Below, piece after piece: positions 58,633 to 64,000 of a stretch of 64,000 nt of DNA; the first letter of the stretch is position 1, and each line of letters begins with the position of its first letter. This DNA is from Guillardia theta CCMP2712. Its lineage: Eukaryota; Protista; Cryptophyta. The position numbers were made by a program, and so were the translations under genes. The stretch lies in contig NW_005434669.1 in NCBI RefSeq assembly GCF_000315625.1, positions 842,330 through 906,329 of the forward strand. The letters run 5' to 3'. The notes under the pieces are model-generated. The model was not told the DNA's origin, searched no databases, and worked only from the letters and a program-made list of their open reading frames with translations.

Positions 58633-61228
58633 GACGAGCACGAGCACGAGGACGAGGACGAGCACGAGGATTGTAATGGATCAACAGGCAACTGGCCTGT
58701 ACCTCAGCAAAGTTCCCGGCGAGATTGATACATCGAGTGACTTCTGCAGCAGTCCCAGCAAGGATAACAAGCCTGAGAGAAAAGAATAAGAAGAGGACAA
58801 GGAAACGCTCCTACCCGCCCCCTCCTCCTGCCCTACTCCCTCTCTTTGATCTCTCCCTCTACGCTCTCTCTCCTCTGCACCCAGACCTCTTCCTGTCCTG
58901 TCCTGTCCTGTCCTGTCCTGTCCTGTCCTGTCCTGTCCTGTCCTGTCCTGTCCTGTCCTGTCCTGTCCTGTCCTGTCCTGTCCTGTCCTGTCCTGTCCTG
59001 TCCTGTCCTGTCCTGTCCTGTCCTGTCCTGTCCTGTCCTGTCCTGTCCTCTCCTCTCCATTCTTGTCTCCTCCCTCTCTCCCTTACTCCTCTCCTCATCC
59101 TCCCTCCTTCCCGCTCTCTCCTCCCGCTCCCTACTCCCCCTCTCTGTCCTCTCCCTCCGTCCTTCCTCTCCCTCCTTCCCTCTCTCTCCTCCTCTCCTCC
59201 TCTCCCTCCTCTCCCTCCTCTACCTGCTCTCATCTCGCATGTCTCTCATCGTCTTCAAAGTTCCATCCGCGAGCTCGAGGTTGAGGTTCGCGAGTTTCTC
59301 CCTCATCCCGCTCTTGTCCTGCAGCAGCTTGAGAGTCTCCTGCTTGCACGTCAACGGCAGCGAAGAAGCGAAGACGGAGAATCTTGAAGGAGACGAGGAG
59401 AAGAAGTGGAAGGGGAAGCGAAGGAGAATGCAAGAGTGAAAGACGAAAGGAACACAAGAGCACGTAGGGGAAAGGAGAACTGGAATAGGAGGGCAGCAAA
59501 TTGCTGGAGGAGCTCGAGGAGCTCGAGATAAAGCAGCTGGTGCAAAATGAGGAAAGGAGGAGGTCGAGGTCGAGGTGAAGGAGGCGAAGGAGGAGGATGA
59601 GAAGTGGAAGGAGAAGTGAGGAGGAGGAGGAGGAGGAGGAGGAGGAGGAGGAGCAGCAGCAGCAGCAGCAGCAGCAGCTGTACCTTGCCCTTGCCATCCT
59701 CCCAGATCCACAAGGCGGCGGAGGTAACGACTACTCCGAGGTTGATGGCTGTGTTGGTCGAGGACTCGGAGAGGGGTTGAACGCCTTGGATGCCCTGCTG
59801 CACGTCAGGCGACGAGGAGGGACAAGGTCGAGAGGGGAGAGGAAGAGGGACAGAGAAGAGGGAAGAGGGAAGAGGGAAGAAGGAAGGGAGAAATGAGCGG
59901 AGAGGAGTGGAGATGAAGAGGGGAGAGGTAGAGAAGAGGAGGGAGGAGGGGGAGAGAGGGGGAGAGAGGGTAGTACAGAGGAGAAGAAAGGAGGAGGAGG
60001 AGGAGGAGGAGGAGGGGGAGGAGGAAGAGGAGGAGGAGGAGGAGGAGGAGGAGAGCAACCTGAAGTGCAGCAAAGATTCGAGCACCGGAGATCAGAGTTC
60101 CAAGAGAGGCAGAAATACATGCAGCGGCATCTGCGGAGTGTGAGAAGGGGAAAATAACGAGTAACGAGATCAGATGCGATATACAGAAGACCGAGGAAGG
60201 GGAGATGAAGGGAGAGATTGGGGACGAGGATATCATGCTGAGGAGAAAGACACAGGAGGAGAGCGCAAGAGATCGAAGACGGTGATGAGGAGGAGAAGGA
60301 GGAGGAGAAGGAGGAGGAGAAGGAGAAGGAGGAGGAGAAGGAGGAGGAGGAGGAGGAGGAGGAGGACGGTAGAACAGAGCAGGGGAGAGAACATCTCAAG
60401 TCTCTCACAGAAGAACTGTCGGAACTTTCTCAGAGGAGACGCCTGCTCCTCCAGCAGCTTGAAACGAAGCTCACTGGTATTAGCGTGAGAACTGCCCCTC
60501 ATCCCCTCCATCGTCCCAGACCTCGAAACCGAGCTAGAGCTTGACTTCTTCATCGCCCTGCTCTACATCGTTCACAAGGGGCCGCCAGCCATGCAACTGC
60601 TTGCCTCCTCTGACGGAATCGCCCTACAGCCTCAGGAGACTTGGAGTCTTTCCCTTCCTCATCGATGACGTCCATGAGCTCTGACGACTTCTCCTCCGAC
60701 ATCTGAAGGCCTGGGAACCTCAACTCAGTCCCTCTCACTGTAGAGCCAATCTTACAAGAGACAGAAAACTTCCTCCTGCTCTGTCCGTTCCATTGATGCT
60801 TGTGATGTGCGGAAAAGCTGCAAGATAATCCTTAACTTCCATCATCATCGTCATCGTCATCGTCGTCATTTCATCACCCTCGTTGTCATCATCATAATTA
60901 TCAACACATTCATCATCACTAATACTAGCAGCACAAGCGGAACAAGCGGCAGAAGGACAAGCACCATCACTACCACCACCAGCACCACCACCACCACCAC
61001 CACCAGCAGCAGCAGCAGCACCAGCATCTCCACTAGTATCCTCATCAACAAAACAATCATCGCCTTCGTCATCATCGTCATCGAAATGTCCATCTTAGAA
61101 CATGAAACATGCATGCGCGACCTGGTAGGGGAGGAAAAGGCCCTCACGTCGTTCAGGAGGACATTGAACGAGAGCGAAAATGAGAACAAGACAAGAAGGC
61201 AAGTCAAGAACAGAAACAACTTCGACAT
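57218..61228 (-). CDS. Plastid-targeted LPA1-like / DUF3493 membrane protein (PSII assembly factor family)
   Basis: Signal peptide MSKLFLFLTCLLVLFSFSLS..VRA|F, then a Ser/Arg/Lys-rich transit peptide ending GLQM; LRFKLLEEQASPLRKFRQFF; TM segment AINLGVVVTSAALWIWE; EKLANLNLEL; RLVILAG; VSVVPV; VFIVRKDGK|VGARTVGPPSWPKLIKQI..GTP*. Confidence 0.85.
58501..58669. repeat. (GACGAG/CACGAG)n intronic hexamer repeat
   Basis: About 28 units of mixed GACGAG and CACGAG. Confidence 0.93.
58891..59048. repeat. (CCTGT)n intronic microsatellite
   Basis: About 31 perfect pentamer units. Confidence 0.97.
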
Positions 61229-62172
61229 TGTACTTCTTGGAACAGTGCTGAAACTCGACCAGGATTCGTGGTGATCCTGGCCCTGAACATAAGAAACCCA
61301 TCAGCGATTTGTGTTGACATGAAGACTGTCAGTGTCTGGGATTCATGGTCTTGTGCAAGCTAGAAAGTCAAGAGCTGGTCGACTTTCAGTGTTCTTAGCG
61401 CTGTCAACAAGCTAACTCTTGCAGGTTTCTCTATCCTTGAATTGCTCCCTCGCTCTATCCATCTCTCCATCTCTCCATCTCCCTCTTCCTCCCTCCCGCT
61501 CTCCCTCCCTTCCCCCCTTCTGGTTGTCTGGTTTTCCCATGTTTGTTCTGCTCCTGCTCCCTCTTCTTCCTCCTCCTCCTCCTCCTCCACCGCAAGATCG
61601 CTCCGGCTGTCCTCGACATGCCCTCGCTTATATGTGGAGGGTGGGGTGTAAGCGATGATGCTGGGTGGGCAAGGTCGTAGGGGTTTGGCTCGAAATGGGG
61701 GGTAGGGGTACTATTTGGACAAAGTAACAAGGTATTTCCATTTTACTCATGGTTTTACCTATAAAAACGCATACCTTCACGTACAAGCACAGATGTTCGA
61801 AAATTGGTTGTGGGTGTGGTGTTCATGGATGGCAACTGACAGGGTGGGGGTGGCCTAGGATGCGACCATGGCTTGACGATTGATAGATAAAGATGAGGCG
61901 AAGAATGCAGGAAGAGGAGGAGGTGGAGGAGGAGGAGGAGAGGAGGAGGAGAGGAGGAGAGGAGGAGGATGAAGCATCACGGCATTATGGTTGGCAAACA
62001 AAAGGATGCAGACGTCGTTGGTGAGGAGAAGACGAAGACGAGGAGATGGTCCATATGCTCCTCAAGGCGACCATGAAAGGGTCTGACGAGAAGGAGCACT
62101 GAACCAAGGGAGATGGCCGGAAGCGGGAGATTGACGACTTGGTCTTCGCCACGGCAGTGATCCTGTCCTGAC

Positions 62173-63447
62173 ATGCGCAAACTGAACGGCAGTATCGTCG
62201 TCTTCATCCTAGGGCTAGCTCTGCTACAGGTGGTTGAATCTCGGTGACACCGTTGGCTGACTGTTACATGTTCCAGCAACCTCCCCTCGTATCCTCGGCC
62301 AGAAGCAACCAGCATGGCTGCAGGGCTGCAGACGATCTAGTCCAGCGAGCTGTGGAGAGAGGATCTAAGGGAGACGCTGATGGAGCATTCAAGCTACTCG
62401 TAGAGGCAGTTGACGGCTGTCCCAACCATGCAGTGGCGCTGGGACACCTCGGCTACATGTTTGCGATCGGAGGGAACATGAGTAGCGCGAAGCTGTTCCT
62501 GCAGAGGTCCTTGACCTTCGACTCGAGCCTGATGCAAGCATGGATCAACTTGGGGAACGTGATGAAGAGCGAGCAAGAGCACCTGGATGAGACGGAGGGG
62601 GACTGGAAGACGGTGTGGAGGATGTACCGAACTGCATACAGGTTGTCTCCGAGACAGGTAGGACGTGTGGCTGTCAGAGAATCTTCTTCTAAGTGATTCT
62701 GAATTATCGCATGAAGAGTTCGAGTTGACGTTTGCGGGCTTTCTGATCAGTTCCTTCCTTGTAGGTGGATATTACCGCAAATATGGCAGGGTTGTATGCG
62801 ATGGAGAGAAGCTGGGAACAAGCGGCATGGATGTCAACACAATCAATGCAGATTGAGTTCACAGAAGAGGCCTTCTGCGCGATGATGAAGGTTGGTGAGA
62901 CAGGGCTGTTTCAAACTCATCACACTCAAAAACAGGCATTGGACAACATCTGTTTGTGGAACCATCCTCTGAGAGACGACAAGCTCCTTGTCAAACTCCT
63001 CTTCGAACGCGCGACTGCCTCGCTCTTGTCTCCGGAGCGATCGACCAAGGACAAGCTGTGCTTCAACGCCGGTACAAGAGAAACGACGACAATGGCGATG
63101 GCAGAGGGCTGAGATGAGATCGCAGGGACTGCCGCGCTGGTTGCTGACCTGCCCCCAGGTTGCCCTGATCTTTAGCGACTTGTCTTTTGTTCTTGTCGTT
63201 AATCTTACTTGTGGAGCTTTTTGGTTTTCCCTTGTTGATGGCATCTGAAGTTTGCGATTGTCATGCAAAAGATCTCGTCCTCTTGATTGCAAGAGCCGAA
63301 ATGGCGATCGAGCACAAGAAGATCGTTCCGATGCCCTCTGCACTGCACAGGTGGAGGAGGTTGAAGGGGGGCAGGAGGAAGAGGGGAAAATTGGAGATGG
63401 AGATGGAGGTGGTGGAGAGGGAGGAGAAGGATGGATGGAGTGTCAGG

Positions 63448-63532
<85 letters not shown>

Positions 63533-64000
63533 GATAGACTCAGGGGAAAGCTTCTGATTGAGAGCACAGCTTCCAACTCCTGCGGGGGAAACGACTGGTT
63601 GTGTCCTACGTTTCCGGCCACTTTGCGAATCATCCCATGATGCAGGTCAAAGTGCTGTTGAGATGGAGAACAAGATTGACACAGATTTTCAAACTCAGAT
63701 GATGCAGGGAATGTTTGTTGGCCATACAAAGGAAAAGATTGAAGTTCGTGAGTTCAACTGCAGTGTAGAAGAATGATCTTGTGCTTGAAGGTCAAGTGTT
63801 TTGCAACAACAAAGTCGGACGGAAGGTGAGCGATACAAAGATTGAGAGCGTTGACGTCAGAGGCAGAAAGATAGAGAGAAGACAGAGGAGGAGGAGGAGG
63901 AGGAGGAGGAGGAGGAGGAGGAAGAGAGGAAATGGTAGAGATTAAAACATGAATGTTCGAAGTAGAGGGTCTGAAAATGAGAAGATTGAAGGAGGGAACG
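62173..64000 (+). CDS. Signal-peptide TPR protein, probably GT41 (OGT/SPINDLY-like) glycosyltransferase; runs off the right edge
   Basis: MRKLNGSIVVFILGLALLQ; TPRs HAVALGHLGYMF..FLQRSLTFDSSLMQAWINLGNVM; EAFCAMMK|ALDNICLW; QMMQGMFVGHTKEKIEV resembles the OGT segment HLMQSIPGMH..FEV. Confidence 0.65.
63451..63530. repeat. (CAG)n microsatellite, probably intronic
   Basis: About 26 CAG units. Confidence 0.93.

Overview
Gene-dense eukaryotic nuclear DNA with many short (~45-70 nt) GT-AG introns, microsatellite-inflated introns and two 100-N scaffold gaps. The intron style and a bipartite plastid-targeting peptide with a VRA|F junction point to a cryptophyte alga, most likely Guillardia theta (inference). 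About 20 protein genes were reconstructed by hand-splicing: a multi-C2 membrane protein, an LRAT-family protein, eIF6, a tandem NTF2-like protein, a TPR protein, an axonemal dynein light chain/EF-hand protein, eIF2D, an RNase H1 hybrid-binding-domain protein, RecQ, a GT23-like fucosyltransferase, a double-bHLH transcription factor, an ABC1/ADCK kinase, a PDZ-PH-ankyrin protein, a plastid LPA1/DUF3493 protein, a secreted TPR/GT41-like protein and several orphans. No rRNA, tRNA, CRISPR or transposase was seen. Two things stand out. (1) A head-to-head pair of paralogous ~90-aa intronless microproteins (40846-42075) that look like basic-region-less HLH proteins. Each resembles helix 2 of one of the two bHLH domains of a double-bHLH factor 3 kb away. 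(2) A recurrent intergenic module (palindrome-packed GC island, often an AT-rich spacer, then a GGGT/ACCC-skewed block) that partitions the window into 1-3-gene domains and keeps the same left-to-right order. Exon boundaries are manual and approximate.
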